Positions 41,880 to 55,447 of a stretch of 64,000 nt of DNA are shown here, piece by piece. A program made the position numbers and the translations under genes. The DNA is taken from positions 620,001 through 684,000 of the forward strand of contig LSRY02000037.1 of assembly GCA_001643675.2 (NCBI GenBank), written 5' to 3'. Numbering within the stretch: position 1 is the stretch's first letter; the number at the start of each line of letters is the position of its first letter. The notes beneath the pieces are model-generated. The model was not told the origin of the DNA and did no database searches. It was given only the letters and a program-made list of their open reading frames with translations. The stretch is from Monocercomonoides exilis PA203 (lineage: Eukaryota; Protista; Preaxostyla).

Positions 41880-41882
<3 letters not shown>

Positions 41883-42044
41883 TAAGAAATTAGTTTTTAT
41901 GGGGGAATATATATATATATAAACATTTAAACTTTGAAATTTTATCACATATGATCCTTTTCATTTCGGCTTTATGAAACAAGAAGTACATCAGTCATTT
42001 TTGAAATAAAAAATTATCTGAAGTTAACACTGAAGTTTATGACG

Positions 42045-43640
42045 TCAATAAGATGAATTTTGTAATGAAAATGTGAAAAAAAATGGATTAATAAAAGATA
42101 TTTCATTTTTAATTTTCGTTATTTCTAAATCTGACCTGTCGCTTGCTCCACTTCCATTATCAACAATATCATCTTTCTCACACCAGAAATCGTTTGATAA
42201 ATCAGCAAAGATCTCATCTTCTGTGAGATTTTGTTCAGTATAAATCTCTGAAAGGAATTCTTTTTTGAAGTTCTTGTTGATATTCATTTTCATTGTGATT
42301 AATCAATGATTTCAAATATTCAAAGAAGGTTTTTTAACATGATTCCGATTCAAATAAATCAAAAAATACTCTTTCAGATATATGTATTTCACTTCGTTTA
42401 AAAACTTCCAATGGCTCAATTGTGCCCAAGATCCTTCGATAGTGTTTGTGGATTCTCACTTTTTGTTAACAAATTCTTTTGAATGATCAACAGTGTGATG
42501 GATATAACCTAATTAAGAGAGTTTGGAATATGCTTTCCATTGATCCGAAATAACAATGGAACCTGACTTAATTATTTTTTGAATAATAGAATGAAGAACG
42601 TTTCCGGATAGCGTACCAATAAAAAACGATATGGGGCAAAATATTTTGCTTCAGGCATTTTCATTGAAATAATATGCACTTTCCAATGACTTTTTGAGAT
42701 CAAAAAACAAAATAAAAATGGGTCCATTTTTTGACATTCATGAAATGTTGGAAAGCTTAACGTTTTGATTTCAAAGATACCAGTTTACGGATATGAAAAT
42801 CTTATATTTTTTGAAATCGGAGAAAACGAAACAAAGTTATAAGAAAAACAATTTTTCTTGCATTGTGCATAAAAAGCTTGAAAGTCCATATTTTCCACCA
42901 TATGATAAAATATTTTTGATCCAATTAATTTCTTATGTTCAATTGCCGAGATAAGCTATATAAGTTTCTTATTTTTTCCTCTTCCAATTTTTTGAAATAT
43001 TAAGAAAATATGTGAATAAATCAAATCATTTTTATATTCTCTTCTCCGCTTAGCCGATTCATCAATTTCCACATCATTGAAAGGACCTCCTATCGTTCTT
43101 GTATTTTTGAACAAAAACATCGAGCAAGCTTTTCTGAATATACTGTAAAATGCACCAACAGAATGGACTTCAACACTTGATATAAATGAAGCTTGAGTGT
43201 TTCTGATATGAAAGCAAAAACAATAAGCCAATATGAAAGGAGGAAAAAATTTTCAATGGCGATCGAAAAAAAATCGTTCCAGTGCGGATTGACATTCTTT
43301 TTTTGCATGTTGAACATGAATAATAAGATTTGCATCCATGTTCAGAAACAATTGAAATGTTTATATGATTATTGTTTCAATTTTTGGTGTTTTTCAAAGA
43401 TTTCGTTTTCGAAAAAAAGCTTATCGCACTGCTATTACAATTTTTTTTCTGGAGAATTAATTGCAATTGCTTGTGAATTCCAGAAATGCAACACATTCCA
43501 GTTGTTGTGAATAATGTTTTACAAATTCTTTTTGATTATACAATAATTTATGAGAAAAACTGGATTTTCTTTATTTTTGGTAGGTGGAAATCCTTTCGTT
43601 TCATATAAAAAAACCTTCAATTAAACCTTAATATATCAAA
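42045..43640 (-). mobile_element. Merlin transposon copy 2 (paralogue of 29.8-31.3 kb), interrupted by MITE B
   Basis: IGGPFNDVEIDES, SDQWKAY, HHTVDHS and TNTIEGSW; collinear with copy 1. Confidence 0.9.
42629..42903 (-). mobile_element. MITE family B, copy 2, inserted into Merlin
   Basis: Absent at the orthologous position of Merlin copy 1 (~30460); TIRs ATATGGGGCAAAATAT / ATATTTTCCACCATAT. Confidence 0.85.
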
Positions 43641-43899
43641 GGTCAAAAGAAAAACTGAAAATTATCCTTTTTTATTGATTTCCTTTGAGTTACAAAATGC
43701 TTTAATTTCTCCAAATGCTTGCTTATAAAAAATTTTCAAACCGATTTTTGAACTGATATTTTTTGATTAATATGTGATTTGGAGATAATTTCGCTTTTAA
43801 ACAATTTTTAGAATAAAGTTTTTTTAATCATGAAAGCATCATTTTTTCATGTTTATAAAATTTTTGATCACATAAAAATCAAAAAAGAAATGGAAAAAG

Positions 43900-44750
43900 C
43901 ATTAAATAAAAACGATTTTTTGATCTATTTTGCAAATCAACAATGGAGTTCTTTTTGATGTTTCTTTATTTTGAGAAAACAGAAAATGGACATTTTAGAA
44001 AATCATCAAAAACAAGCCAAAATGCAAAATGCACAGAATTGAAATAAATTTCCGGCGTTTCTATGGAAAAATGATGTGGGTTTGTGGAAAATGCTGCAAT
44101 TGGCAATCGGCACACAAGAACACATCCTTTAATCGAAGAATGACACATATAAATGTGATTATGTTAATTATTCTATTTATCTGGATTGGTGCTATTGCAA
44201 AATTTTTCTCGGAAATGTTGGGGATTCAAAGGAACTCTGTGGAATGTTTGTCATCAGTGATTATGTGTTGCGCAATGGACATTATATATCAGAATGAAAC
44301 TATTCTTGGAGGTGAAAGTATTATTGTTGATAGAGACGAATGTGTTTTAAGGAGAAGAAAATATCATAGATGAAAAAGACAGAAACAAATGTGGGTCTTT
44401 GGTGCAGCGGAGCGAAAGAAAGATAAAATGGATGAAACAAGGAATTTTTTTGTCATGATTGTGCAAGACTGTTCAGCTTCGACGTTGACTCCCATCATTT
44501 AAAAGCACATTCTACCTCATTCAACAATAATGTCATATGAATGGAAAACTTATTCATCTCTTTCTCATCTAGGAAACAATCATCTTTCAGTGTTCTATAA
44601 GAGAAAATTTGATGATGAAGAAACTCACGCATGCACAAATACAATCGAAGGATTATGGAGTCATATGAGAAGATTTTTTCCTCCTCATTTCATTCGAGAA
44701 ATATTTGTTGCAAATCAACTGATTTTTGTAATTATTAACAAGGGATAGAT
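43900..44750 (+). mobile_element. Merlin transposase copy 3 (different subfamily, no intron after RRKY)
   Basis: WVCGKC, LGGESIIVDRDE..RRRKYHR, WVFGAAER, IMSYEWKTY and CTNTIEGLWSH. Confidence 0.85.
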
Positions 44751-45893
44751 TGCATTATTTGATTAATTTCAATATTAAAATAGTTATTATTTTAATAAAA
44801 GAAAATTGAATAAGCCCAAGAAACAAAAGAAACAAAAGAAAACAAGAAAAAGTTCAAGATAATGCTTTTTTTGAAAAGATGCATATGTTTGAAACCTTGC
44901 TGAAATAATTTATACACTATTTAACAATTTTTGAACAATAAATCCGTCAAATATCATGACTTTGATTGTTTGAACATTTGAATCTGTTTGATGTTAAAGT
45001 ATGTGCATTGTGGAGAAAATTGATACGTTCATTGTTAAAAGGTCAAATAAGGAACAATTTTGGAAAACCATGATTGTTTGCAATTGCGACTTTTCGAAAA
45101 GAACAACACTTTTTTTCATAACGTAATGATTTGTGACTTTGCACTCATTTCGAAAAATGAACATATTCTGTTTTTATTTATTTATTACAAAAATTTAATC
45201 CAAAGATCATATCTCATTAATGAAAATGTCTGAAGTTAAATATTTTTTCACACCTGAAAATCAAACAATTAGGACTTATCGAAAATTATGTGACAGAAAA
45301 AACATACACATATTTATATATTTTGTTTTGTTATTTGAGTGATAATATTGATTATCACATCTAATTTTTGTTGTGTGGATAATAGACATCAACGTTGCAT
45401 GCCTTTTGACGTGAACAGTTTTGGAGTGACATGACGTGGTAGAAAAAAATATCATTGACTCATTTTAAATGTGAATTTTGAAATACAAAATCGAAATGAA
45501 AGGAAAAATTGATTCCAATTTAATTTTTTTATTGAATGTTTTTAAGCATGAAAAAATAATTATTTTTAATCAGCTGTTGTTGTTCATTTGAATTCAATAA
45601 AATGAACAATGGGTTGTTTCGTGATCATTTTAAAAAAAGCATAAATACCACGGCAGAAGCTGCAATGCCTGTCACTGACTCAGTTCGAGTCAATAAGGCA
45701 TTTTTTTTGAAAGAAAGGGCTTTTTTTATCAAAAGTTACACATTTCAAAGAGTTAATTTATAACCAAGTGATAAATTTTTAGTTTGAAATCTTAATTAAC
45801 TTTTTCTTTTTTTCGAAATGAGAATTTTCTATTTTTTTCGATCAAAAAATCGTATCTTCTCCATGAAAATTAAATTTTCTTAAAAAAACGTCT

Positions 45894-47480
45894 ATGAATA
45901 CGCACATGCAATGGAGGAAGCTCAGATGCTGCCAGTTTGTGCTTATCGAGGCTCTGAAGAGATCAGGCATGAGTTGGGCGAGTCATGCTATAAAGAGCTG
46001 CGTGTGGAAGGCGTTGTTGATGCTGCAGAACACGACTGTAGCAGAGCGCGAAGTGATGCAAGATGGGCTATTGCTGAAGGAGCGCAAGGTACAAAAAGGA
46101 AAATGTTTGGAGTGGGAAGTCAAGCAGCTATTGAACCTGGAGCACTGGGAAATTGCGGAGCTTGCGTTAGTGCGAATCATGTTCACACCCCTTTAGAACA
46201 ATAAAAGCGAGTGATATAGACTGGCGAGCTACAAGCAGACAGCAGATGGTGTGAAATGCGGGGGTTTGAGAGGATTATCTTCCTGTTCACAATGTGATGG
46301 AGCAGCAAACACATCAGGGCGGAATCAAGGGATGGCTGGCTATTGACGATGCCACTGCATTGTGTGTTGAAGAGCCAAATGCACAAGGTGGTGGTGCCTT
46401 GGAAGATGGGATCAGACACAACATTGAGCGTGAAAAGATTGCAGGACTGTCAAAGGTTTGATAAAGTGTAGCTCCGTGCGATGGCGCAGGATGCTTTGGA
46501 GGAGTGACCGAGACTGCAACAAGACGGGATTGAGAGAGTGGGATAGGAGAAATGTCAGTCGTGTCAGGTGATTTGGAGTGCAGAGGAAGAGGTTCAGGAG
46601 AGCAGGGAAGTCGGTGGTTGGTATTGTGGCGAACCTGCTGGTGTATCTAATAAAGCTGCAGATTGCAGTGGTGAATGTGTCGCAGACAGAGTAGTAGGGG
46701 AATTCTGGGTTCGGAAGCGCAGTTGTAAAAAGGAAGACGTTTGAGTTGGGGGTGCAAATTCGGAAGTTGATGGTGGGATGCGGATGATGCGTGTGGCGCA
46801 GAAGTGGGAAGTGGCGAGGGGGGACGATGCGTCAGGGTTTGCGATTGGATCGAGCTGAGACACGACGGAGAATGCAATAATGGAGAAGAACATTAAAGGG
46901 AGCACAAAGTTGGTGGCTCCGACCAACGAGAAGGAGTTGTTGTTTTTTCATGTGCGATTTGTGGTATCGATGAAGTTTGGTGGAGAGTTTGAAATGCGGG
47001 AATTTGAACCTCACGAATGTGGACATGACTCTGAGCGAGATCGTTGTGAGCGGGAAGGCGCAGGGTGCTGGAAACAGGATAGCAAACGGGACAGTGCAGA
47101 CCTGACAGTCAGCAAAAAACGGGAGATGATGCTTCGTATCGATTCGTGAGGGGAGCAGGATGGTGGTGGAGGATGTGTTGATGATGTGATGCGAGAAGCT
47201 TAAGGTGGAAGCGTGTGTGGTAGTGCAGCCATGGGGCGGGGGAAGCAGAACTGAGATTGGGATTGAGATTGGAGAGGCTGTGGAGGAGGAAGAGATGAGG
47301 GCAAACAATGTGAATGAGAAGGTGAGGTACAGGGCAGATGAGGCAGAGAAGTCTGTTTTGTTCTCTGTTGGGATACAGCTGGAGATGATGAGTGGGCAGC
47401 AGTCGTTCAGGGAGGCAGAGTCGGAGTGTGGACCAGTGATGGAGGTGTGCAGGTGGAATGAGCAGGAGGATGGGCAATGA
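45894..47480 (+). pseudogene. Heavily degraded GC-richer gene; 3' end weakly kinase-like
   Basis: Coding-like composition with many stops. RYRADE..SVLFSVGIQLEMMSGQQSF loosely echoes kinase subdomains VIII-IX. Confidence 0.25.
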
Positions 47481-48322
47481 GTTATGAAATAGATTCTGAT
47501 ATGTGGAAGAGGATAAAGAGGAGGAAGAGGAGGAGAGGAAAAAGAAGAGAAAGAAAAAACAAAAAAAAGATAAAGAGAAAAAAAAATAATTATAATAAAA
47601 GTGATAAAGAAAATCGAAAAGTTCAATGAGAATCGTTGTTATGCTCACTAATTTTTCTATTGTCCTTCAAAAAACAATCAGAAAGGAGAAGAGCAACATT
47701 AAAATGAAAATATAAATAAAATAATAATGAGGTTTTAATTGTTATGAATTTTTAATTAAAATTAAATAGTTTTTTTAACATTTTCATAAAAAAGATCTTT
47801 TAATTATTTTCGGGGATAATTATTCTCTCAAGTCAATTATTTCCTGAACAACATATCAAATGAATATCTTTTGTTAAAATAAACAATTGTTAAATAAAAA
47901 GGAATAAATTGTCTTTTGCGAATTGTTTAAAAGCAATACAAAAATAATGATAATTATGTCAATGAAAGAAAAAACTTATTTAACATTAACAATCACATTG
48001 GTTTTAAGCATTTTGAAAATGAATAATTATTGAAATCAAATACTGAAAATAATGCTTCAAAAACTTAAAAAATGAATTGAAAAATCTCAATGAAAATTTG
48101 CATAGAATGATATGAATTCTGTCAAAGTGAAAAATAGTGTTTAAACAAAAAAAGATTTAATAAAGGTTTATTGATTGAAAATTGAATAGAAATTTTTGTG
48201 ATGAATATTCTGTATTATTGAAAAGTATTTTATTTTTTTCAAAGCTTTATTTAAAAAAATAGTATGTTTTTATCAAAAATAAAAAGAAAGAAAGAAAGAT
48301 ATTAAGAAAGAAAATAAAAAAA

Positions 48323-48411
48323 CCAGTTCCGGGCACTGACTGTCGAGAGCCCACCTTTTTCAAGGTGAAGCAGATGTTCAGTGAATAAAACAAAAACTAT
48401 ATTGTTACTGG
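48323..48411. ncRNA. Candidate structured RNA/DNA hairpin (unidentified)
   Basis: GC-rich island with nested stems CCAGT/ACTGG, CACTGA/TCAGTG and CACCTT/AAGGTG. On the minus strand it has a GAAA tetraloop and a 3' T7 run. Confidence 0.3.
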
Positions 48412-48630
48412 ATTGATCATTCTTATTCATAAGTGCAATTAAGGAAAAAAAACACTTTACCAAAATATCGGCTCATGTTGTTTTTTCAAAGTCTCTGAAG
48501 ATCATAAATTCATCCTATCGCAGAAATTTTAAAACATTCCTTGTCAATTATCCAACATATATTTCAGAAATTTAAAATAAATGTTTAATTGATTGTGAAA
48601 AACAAAAAAACAATAAAAAAAACCGTATAT

Positions 48631-49634
48631 GGTCAACTTCATAACGGGACTTTTTCCTTAATTGGCACTTTTTTTGTTTTTGCTTGCAAAATGTCGACAA
48701 ATGAGAAGTAGTTTTCAGCATTTGGATAACCGATTTTAACAAAGTTGATTCAATTTATTACCTGTTTGTTTTTTGATTTTTGTTTATTATTTAATTAGAA
48801 ATTTCGTTTTTTTGTTAAGTTTAATAGTACTTTTTCTAGCCAACTGGGAATCGCTCAAGAAATTGGGGACATGTTTTATATTGCATTTGCTTCGAACTAC
48901 TAATCTTTAAAATCTTTTTTTTCACAAACACTTTTTTCTTTATTTTATCGCATTTCAGATTTTCATCAACATGAAAACATAAAACTGTTTATTTCTTTAT
49001 TAATATAATGAAATGATAAAAATAAAAATGTGAAATGAAAAACAAATCCTTATATAATGAAGTGTTGAAAAAATAAAATAAAGACTTTTTCTGTTTGTCA
49101 AGAATTTAACTTCGTTACAAAAACTTGATTGAAGATCATTTTAAGTTTGCGCCATTTGTCTGTTTGAGACAAACAGAAAAAGTCTTTATTTTATTTTTTC
49201 AACACTTCATTATATAAGGATTTGTTTTTCATTTCACATTTTTATTTTTATCATTTCATTATATTAATAAAGAAATAAACAGTTTTATGTTTTCATGTTG
49301 ATGAAAATCTGAAATGCGATAAAATAAAGAAAAAAGTGTTTGTGAAAAAAAAGATTTTAAAGATTAGTAGTTCGAAGCAAATGCAATATAAAACATGTCC
49401 CCAATTTCTTGAGCGATTCCCAGTTGGCTAGAAAAAGTACTATTAAACTTAACAAAAAAACGAAATTTCTAATTAAATAATAAACAAAAATCAAAAAACA
49501 AACAGGTAATAAATTGAATCAACTTTGTTAAAATCGGTTATCCAAATGCTGAAAACTACTTCTCATTTGTCGACATTTTGCAAGCAAAAACAAAAAAAGT
49601 GCCAATTAAGGAAAAAGTCCCGTTATGAAGTTGA
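48631..49634. mobile_element. ~1-kb foldback element, copy 1
   Basis: Arms 48633-49099 and 49168-49634 (467 bp) are reverse complements around a 68-bp spacer; non-coding. Confidence 0.92.
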
Positions 49635-51671
49635 AACTTGTTTCCTTATAACTTTCGATGTGTCTTTAAAGAAGAATGAACCAGCTATTTGTTACGTTAT
49701 TGAAAATCATGAATTATCTCCCTCTGCAAATGTGAATGTATTATTTTCTTCTTTTCTTCTCCATAACTACGGAAAAGCTCTGATCCGTTCAAGTTTATCC
49801 AAAAAAATTTAAATACAAATTCCACATGAAAAAGACTTTGGAAGTGTTGGTAAATGACTCGCTCTTCTGAATGAGATAAGCTTATTTGAGAAAAGTTATC
49901 ACACAAAATAGTAAATAATTTATAAAATAATGATTATTCTCTCATTCAAATTTTAAAATTCGATGAAAAAAAAATAATTGACATCTTTGAGTTTGAAGAA
50001 AAGATGGAATGAAGTTTCTTCAGGAAACGCATTGGGACAAATCGAAATAAAAAGTTTTGAAAATTCGATTCATGGAAACGAAAATCACAATAGAAACCAT
50101 TCATTATCAAAGCCTTCAAATCACGCACAAATGATATTTCGCATTTTCAACAAAGGGTGGTTTTTTATATCCGACTGTTTTTAGTCCTTTCTAAAAATTT
50201 AAATTAAAATATCTCAACAAATATTCGACATTAATTTACAGCAATTTGCACAGTTGAATATTAGCATATATGACACCCATTCATATACAAATTTGAAATA
50301 GTGGTGCTTTATATTTCATGAAATAAATAATTTTTGTTTTTGATAATCTGACTTTTGATGAATTATTCTATTAATATAAAAACGATTTTGTTCATCTTTT
50401 TCACATAAAACAAATTTTTTCTATGTGATAAACAAATTTGACATTTATTATTTTCTCATGATTCTTCATCGTTTTTATTAAAACATTGATCTCTTTCATT
50501 CTGTGCAAAATATCATGGTGAGAATGATTGTGACAGTGAATTTTGTAATTAAACACCGTTGTTAAACAATAATCTTGGAGATTGTGCATTGAATAATGTG
50601 TTTAATCTCATAGATATTTCTTGTTCACAGTGTAATTCTTATCTTTTTCGTGCACATGATTCTTATTCTCCAATTTTTGTTTCTTCTTTAATGTTTAACA
50701 TAACAAATAATTCAATAGAGCTAATGAATGAAGTTTCAGAGCCAAGCGAGCAGAAAAAAAAACTGAATAAAACAAAGCATTTCTTTTTGATGTTTAATTT
50801 TTTTTTTTATTTTGTATTTTAATAATTTTTATTGAACACTTTTGAAATTTGTTTTCTTATTCTATTTCAGAAGGCATGAAGAATAACTGAATAATTGTAA
50901 AAATGAATTAATAATTACTGGTGTGAAACAATATTTCTATTTCGAATCGAATGGTTATCAAGTGCTTGCACCTCCGCTTTGTTGCAATGAAAAAGAATGA
51001 ATAAAAGAGTCAACGTTCAAAATTGAATTGTATTTGAATACGAGAAAAAGAAAAGTTTTCAAAAGAGTAATCGAAACCTTCAATGAAATCAAAGAAAATG
51101 AAAGTTTTCATTTAAAGAAAAAGGCAAGAAATGTTCTGGTTAAATAGAGTGGAATTTATTTATAATTTTTCTTCATTAAAATATATTGTCATACCCATTA
51201 ACGTTCCGATATTTTTAAAAAAAAACTATTTATTTATGACAAAAAGTTTCTTTTCAATCATTTTTACCTTTTTCTTTCTTTTTATTATTGTTGTAGAATT
51301 TTTTATTATGAATAAATCGTTCATTCTTGTTGTCTGATGAAATTTTATTCAATCAAAATTGAAGACAAGACTGAATCGATGTTGTTGTTGCTTTTATTGA
51401 ACGATTATTGTAATGAATTGCAGGTTTGTGTCCAAATTCAGTTTCCCAGGAGAATAAACATTTTTTTTTATTTTTGTCAAATATTTAATTATAAATATTT
51501 TCATATTATTTTTTAAATACAACTTTTGGAAATTATTATAAAACTTCAACTTGAGAAAGAATTCAAACCAAAATCATTCAGAAAAATTATTGAATGGGGA
51601 AAATGTTCGAAAATGTTGGGTTCAACAAAATTCCTAAAACAAAAAATTTTGTCCCAAATATTCGCTAAATT

Positions 51672-53916
51672 CACTTGATAGAAAAATCTGTTGATCGTAG
51701 AAAAGCTCGTGGTTTGTGCTTTTAAAACCTTTTCTTAAAAGAAAATGCACGTTTGTTAAAGTTGAAAAAGAAATTTTTCTTAATCAATGCTTTGTTCCTG
51801 ATTTATTTAAGAAAATTTTTCATTCACAAATGAGACAGATGTTTGCTGTTAGTTGTGAGTTCATCTGAAAAAATATAATAAACCGCGAAAAATAATGACA
51901 ATAAAATATATATATAACCTGAAAATTATTTGGATGATGGTTTTTTTCAAAAAAAAAAAAATAAAAAATAAAAATAAAAAAAAAAAGCATTTGATTTTTA
52001 GCTTTCTTAAATTTTATGACTTTGCAATACGATGGATTCAATTAATGATCAAAAACATAATGATGTTATCATTTAAAAAATTATTTTCGAATTTTCTTCA
52101 TCGACTATCAGCTTCTTCCGAATATCGTCAGTTTTCATCACCTTCGCAAAAAGAATTCGAAAAAAAGAAGAAAACACCTTTATCGAGGAGAATATCTGCG
52201 GGATCGCATGCATTTTCCAACGGAGCATGGACAAGAGGGATAGCTGTAATCAAAGCAAAGTGTTATACAAGAAAAAGAGAACGGAAAATGATAATAACCA
52301 AAAGTCAACTTGAAAAGGTGGAGAATCAAACAATCGCTAATTAATCTGATCAAAAAATTGTTCGACTTAAGGATATGCAATCGATGGTTTAAAGGCTTTT
52401 TAATTTGATTTTTTTGTTATTTTGATTATTTAAATTCAAGAAGTGATTGATTCTGAAGCAGAGAACAATGAAGAAAAACAAATCTTAAAAAAATAATAGA
52501 ATGATTTTACAAAAAGAAGCTCCATTTTGAAAGCTTCGATATCAAGGCCAATGGAAATTGCAAAGATTAGCGCACAATCACCGGAAACAATGCGTGGGTG
52601 GTTCAAAAAGATGTCTGCCATAATCACAGCTTATCAAATTAATTCAACAGGCTTTTTCAATTTCGACGAATCTTCCATCAGAGTTGGTGATGGAACCACA
52701 AAACCATTAATTTGTTTCAAGAATCAACCTCCTCCTGCTCCATCATCAACACCGACAACTGAAAATGCAGCAGAAAGTGTTTTTGTTTGCGCAGATTGTT
52801 CACATCGATGATTCTTATTTATGTATCCACTAAAAAAGAAACTTTCTGAATTTCCATTTCTTTCTTCGTTCAACAAAAATTATAAAGGATCCACATCTGG
52901 ATGGATTTCAACAGAAATATTTAAACATATAATGGCAAAAAAGTGGATTCCTTTGATAGATGAAAAACAGAAATTATTAATATCAAAGAATGCTGTTATT
53001 GCATTGGACAATCATCGTACGCAGCATAGTTCGAAAATCAAAAAGTTTGCAGAACAGAACAATGTGATCATCGAATATTATACACCAAATATGACACACA
53101 TCCTCCAGCCCTGTGACAAGTGTGTTTTTGCGAGATTGAAACAAGTGCAACAAAACTCTTTTGTGAGGCCAGTTAATTTCTCAACTTCTTCGTTCAGAAA
53201 AGCCTTGGCAGACGTTTTGCCGGAAGCTTTGTGAGCAATAACATCTCCTTCAGTTGTGAAAACAGCTTTTTAAAACACCGGTGAAAATATTGTGGCTGCT
53301 GCACCTGTGTTGCATAGAGTACACGGTGGTCCAATATCTTCGGAAAAATCAACATCATCAAATTTGTCCTCTCAAAACATGAAGTAAAGCTTATTCAGAG
53401 ATTTTTCTTCAAAAGAAAATCTCCAAATGAAGGAGAAATGCCACGAAAAGAATAAGACTGAAATGAGGATTCCAGAAGAAATAAAAGAAAACTGTAATGT
53501 TACCAAAGAAGTTGAAGAAGAAGAACAGAAAGCGATTAATGAACCACTTTGTGTGAAGAAAAAGATAAAAAGGCAAAGAAGAAAAAAGATAGATGATGAT
53601 TATATGTACGGAAATGAAATAAGTTCTGTGTTCAATAGCGAAGAAACTGAAACAAAAAATCTCAGAACCAAACGAAGTTAGAAGAAAAGGAGAATTATGG
53701 ACGATGATTCAAATTCAGAGGATATGAAAAAACAGATAAATAAATACTGTTTTTTATTTTTATAAATCCGAACTCAAAGTTCAATTATTTCTAAAATATG
53801 TTTTATTATCAATTAAAACATTTCAAGCATTTTTAATCAATAGCTTGCAAAAAGCCTGGGTGACAAATTGAAAAATTGTTGGTAACGTCAGTCAGCAGAA
53901 TTTTTTCTAGTCAGTG
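51672..53916 (+). mobile_element. pogo/Tigger-like (DDE_1) transposon copy 2, decayed
   Basis: FFNFDESS, TSGWIS, IALDNH and PNMTHILQPCDKCVF in ORFs 52527 and 52821. Possible degenerate TIRs at 51672-51694 and 53892-53916 (boundaries tentative). Confidence 0.8.
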
Positions 53917-55447
53917 GAAAGTTACAATTTTTCTCTTGATTTTGAAGATAATAAGATATAATGTTCATTACAGTAAATATTTTCGGCTGTTTTCAATAAC
54001 GATTTATGAACTTTATCATTTTTCTTTCATTGAAAAGATTATAAACCATTAAAATAACACTTAATATGAAAAAATATTCAATTTTTGTTTCACATTCACA
54101 TTCACATTGAATGACGGTTGTTCGGTTTGTATTTTGTTGTTTAACCTTATTAATGCATGTGTTTTTCTTTCAAAGCGCCAGGCTGCAATTGAAGAAAATA
54201 AGAACAAAGTTAAATATTTTTTATTCTGGATGAATATCGAATTCGGAAAGCGAATTCAAATATAAACTGTTGAGAAACAAAAGAGATTTGGATGTGAAAT
54301 TGAAGAATCAATTGCAAAAACATATGAAAAAGGAAGTGATCATGAATTTATGTAGAGAAAACTGTTCCTTTTGAAACAAAACGTTGATGGTATTCTCAAA
54401 ATCGGTTTGATTTTGGTTCAAAGTTTTTTTGAAGAAATTACAATTTATTTGATTCATTCTGTCACTGAAGGAACCGGAATTTTTTTTAAGTTTCGGAAGA
54501 AAAGTGCGAAAAGAAAATGACATATCAATGAAAGTCAAGATATTAGAATATGCCCTCATTGGGCTTTAACGACTGATTATTTTTGAAGAAAAACGCATTT
54601 TTGTGAGAGAAGCAAATTGAAAGTGGAAGAGATGGAATAATAAAAGGATTGACCTGTGCTTCCAATTTGGAGATGGAATGAAGAATTAGTTCGAGTGAAT
54701 TGCTAGATGGATTTTGAGGTTTCTACACAAGAAGTGCGTTGAAGCTAAAAACATTAGCCAAAAAATGAGAATATCAATGAATTTTTCTGTTGATATTTAT
54801 TAAAACAAATCTTCTCAATTTCCTGCAATTAATAGTCATATTCGATGTTTCATTATCATCGTCAACTTCTTTTTCAAACACATCATTTGATTAAATTATT
54901 TCATGATTTGTTTCATTATCAGAGATCATGAAAGAAATGAAGAAGAAACGAAGTTATTATACAGGAACAGAAATGAGAAGAAGATAGAAAAGAGAATGAA
55001 GAGAGTGAAAGAAGAGCCAGAGCTCGAAGAGTTTGATGAATGAAAAAAGGATTGAGAGAAGTGAAGAGATTTTTTTTAAATGAAAAGGAGATAATATTTA
55101 AACATGATATTCGAGATGAAGGTGGAATTTGAGAAACGATTTAAAAAAACAACAGAGAAAAGAAGAAAGAAAGATTATTGAATCATTTTAAAGATAGATC
55201 GAAAAAACAACAAATGAAAAAATATTTTTTCATATATATTCTTTGAAGTTTGTTATTTTCATTTCCTCCAAATCAATAATTGTCAATGCAACATTTTCAA
55301 TTTGGAAATGAAAATCTTTCATGTCTTGAAGGATTTCTTATGGAATAATACAGAAACATTCTCATATTTGTTATTATAAAAAAAAGAGAGAAATAATTCG
55401 AAAATGAGATAAAAACTGGTTATTGAAGATATATATCAAAATGCATG

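Noticed and set aside
41826-43640. Merlin copy 2 as a retrocopy with a poly(A) tail
   Set aside because: It retains sequence homologous to the intron of copy 1, so it is not a processed transcript. Poly(T) tracts occur elsewhere too (~58560).
48323-48411. HDV-like or hammerhead ribozyme, tRNA-Sec, or U1 snRNA
   Set aside because: P1 is too short, there is no P1.1 or J4/2 consensus, no CUGANGA/GAAA core and no cloverleaf. The nearby AUUGCAC matches a foldback-TIR-like motif instead.
54300-54760. Tyrosine recombinase (Crypton/DIRS) from ICPHWAL
   Set aside because: Only one short motif; no R...HxxR...Y catalytic signature found.
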